The notes beneath the pieces were generated by a model. The model was given only the letters and a program-made list of their open reading frames with translations, was not told where the DNA came from and did not search any database. A program made the translations under genes and the position numbers. Below, piece after piece: positions 7,112 through 7,568 of a stretch of 7,568 nt of DNA; the first letter of the stretch is position 1, and every line of letters starts with the position of its first letter. The stretch is from Adineta steineri (taxonomy: Eukaryota), in NCBI GenBank assembly GCA_905250035.1, contig CAJNOE010000390.1:68101-75668 (forward strand). The letters are read 5' to 3'.

Positions 7112-7568
7112 AAAGAAGATTTCACCAAAATGACAAAAACTGAAGGTGGACTTCTTTCATTTAATAAGTTTTTATCTACTAGTAAAAATCGTGATATTTC
7201 TCTTAATTTCGTCCAACAAGTTTCTACAAATCCTTATCTTGTTGGAATTCTATTTGTTATGTCCATTAATCCTACAGATTCAACAAGTCCATTTGCTACT
7301 GTTAACAATGTTAGTTATTTTCATACAGGAGATGAAATTCTCTTCTTTATTTATACCATTTTCCGTATTGGGGATATTAAACCAATGGATGAAAATAATG
7401 ACCTCTATCAAGTGAATTTAACATTGACCAGTAACAGCGACCAAGACATTCGTACTCTTAACGATCGGATCCGACAGGAGACCTTTCCAGATGTAGAAGG
7501 ATGGAACAGATTACGTCAATGGCCAATTAAAATGAGTCAATTTAACAAGGCTCAAGAAATTTATGAAG
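7112..7568 (+). other. In-frame continuation after the TGA: ART catalytic core (STS, G-D-E in place of E-x-E) and the first TPR-like helix; not in the ORF track because it has no stop inside the window
   Basis: No stop codon in this frame from 7112 to 7568. It contains GGLLSFNKFLSTSKNRDISLNF (STS motif), LVGILFVMSINP, SYFHTGDEILF (E-x-E region), FRIGDIK, LYQVNLTLTSN and WNRLRQWPIKMSQFNKAQEIYE (TPR onset). The track ORF 7146-7415 is a different, GTG-started frame with a low-complexity product. Confidence 0.8.

Larger units (their letters stand above)
6134..7568 (+). pseudogene. N-domain / mono-ADP-ribosyltransferase (R-S-E type) / TPR family gene, interrupted by an in-frame TGA at 7109-7111 and truncated by the window end
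   Basis: One reading frame (6134 + 3n) is open from 6134 to 7568 except for a single TGA at 7109-7111. The translation is colinear across the stop: ...TFTVYRGQGL*KEDFTKMTKTEGGLLSFNKFLSTSKNRDISLNF...VSYFHTGDEILFFIYTIFRIGDIK...EGWNRLRQWPIKMSQFNKAQEIYE. The stop separates the R of YRG (7094-7096) from the S-T-S (7175-7183) and the E-x-E position (7328-7336). Confidence 0.6.

Noticed and set aside
7100-7125. Alternative readings of the TGA at 7109-7111: selenocysteine recoding, or a micro-intron (GTCTTTGAAAAG) removing it
   Set aside because: The 12-nt GT...AG interval is far below any plausible intron length, and removing it would delete conserved residues. There is no reason to expect Sec at a position that is Ser-like in the family, and I cannot evaluate a SECIS element here. 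A nonsense mutation or a base-call error is the simplest explanation.
7146-7415. Track ORF (89 aa, MDFFHLISFYLLVKIV...) overlapping the ART domain
   Set aside because: It starts at GTG, and its product is low-complexity Leu/Ile/Phe typical of an off-frame reading of AT-rich coding DNA. The neighbouring frame (7112 + 3n) carries the recognisable STS and (E)xE ART motifs and is open to the window end.
1-7568. Prokaryotic interpretations: operon, defence island, CRISPR array, RBS-driven genes
   Set aside because: There are no direct-repeat/spacer arrays and no tightly packed co-oriented ORFs. Intergenic gaps are long and AT-rich. GT-AG short introns, a eukaryotic-style signal peptide with N-glycosylation sequons, a pogo/Tigger-type transposon and an animal-type ART-TPR gene all point to a eukaryotic genome.

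Overview
Strongly AT-rich 7.6-kb window that reads as eukaryotic, not prokaryotic. My best guess, from memory of gene-family distribution and not verifiable here, is a bdelloid-rotifer-like invertebrate genome. The supplied ORF track uses prokaryote-style starts (GTG/TTG) and misses spliced or window-truncated genes. Four things are supportable. (1) 3669-4751 (+) is an intact, intronless, signal-peptide-bearing major royal jelly protein/yellow-family gene, a candidate horizontally acquired gene. (2) About 4870-5715 (-) is a decayed pogo/Tigger-like DNA transposon. It has a TA|CAGTG terminus, subterminal repeats, and a frameshifted CENP-B/psq-type HTH transposase remnant that stops before the DDE core. 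A second, degenerate terminus faces it head-to-head at 5772 and is followed by a dense TGCGT/ACGCGT motif array. (3) 6134->7568 (+, runs off the window) belongs to the lineage-expanded family with an unnamed N-terminal alpha/beta domain, an R-S-E mono-ADP-ribosyltransferase domain and TPR repeats. An in-frame TGA at 7109-7111 splits the catalytic domain, and the same frame stays open and homologous to the window end. The first Glu of the E-x-E motif is also lost, so a young pseudogene is likely. (4) 1177-1407 (-) is a putative two-exon 5' end of a small single-pass membrane protein with a 53-nt GT-AG intron. The first ~3.6 kb otherwise has no supportable long coding region. I see no rRNA, tRNA, CRISPR or operon-like structure. 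The most interesting items are the foreign-looking secreted gene embedded among TE debris and the broken effector-sensor-like ART-TPR gene. All family assignments come from reading the translations and need database confirmation.
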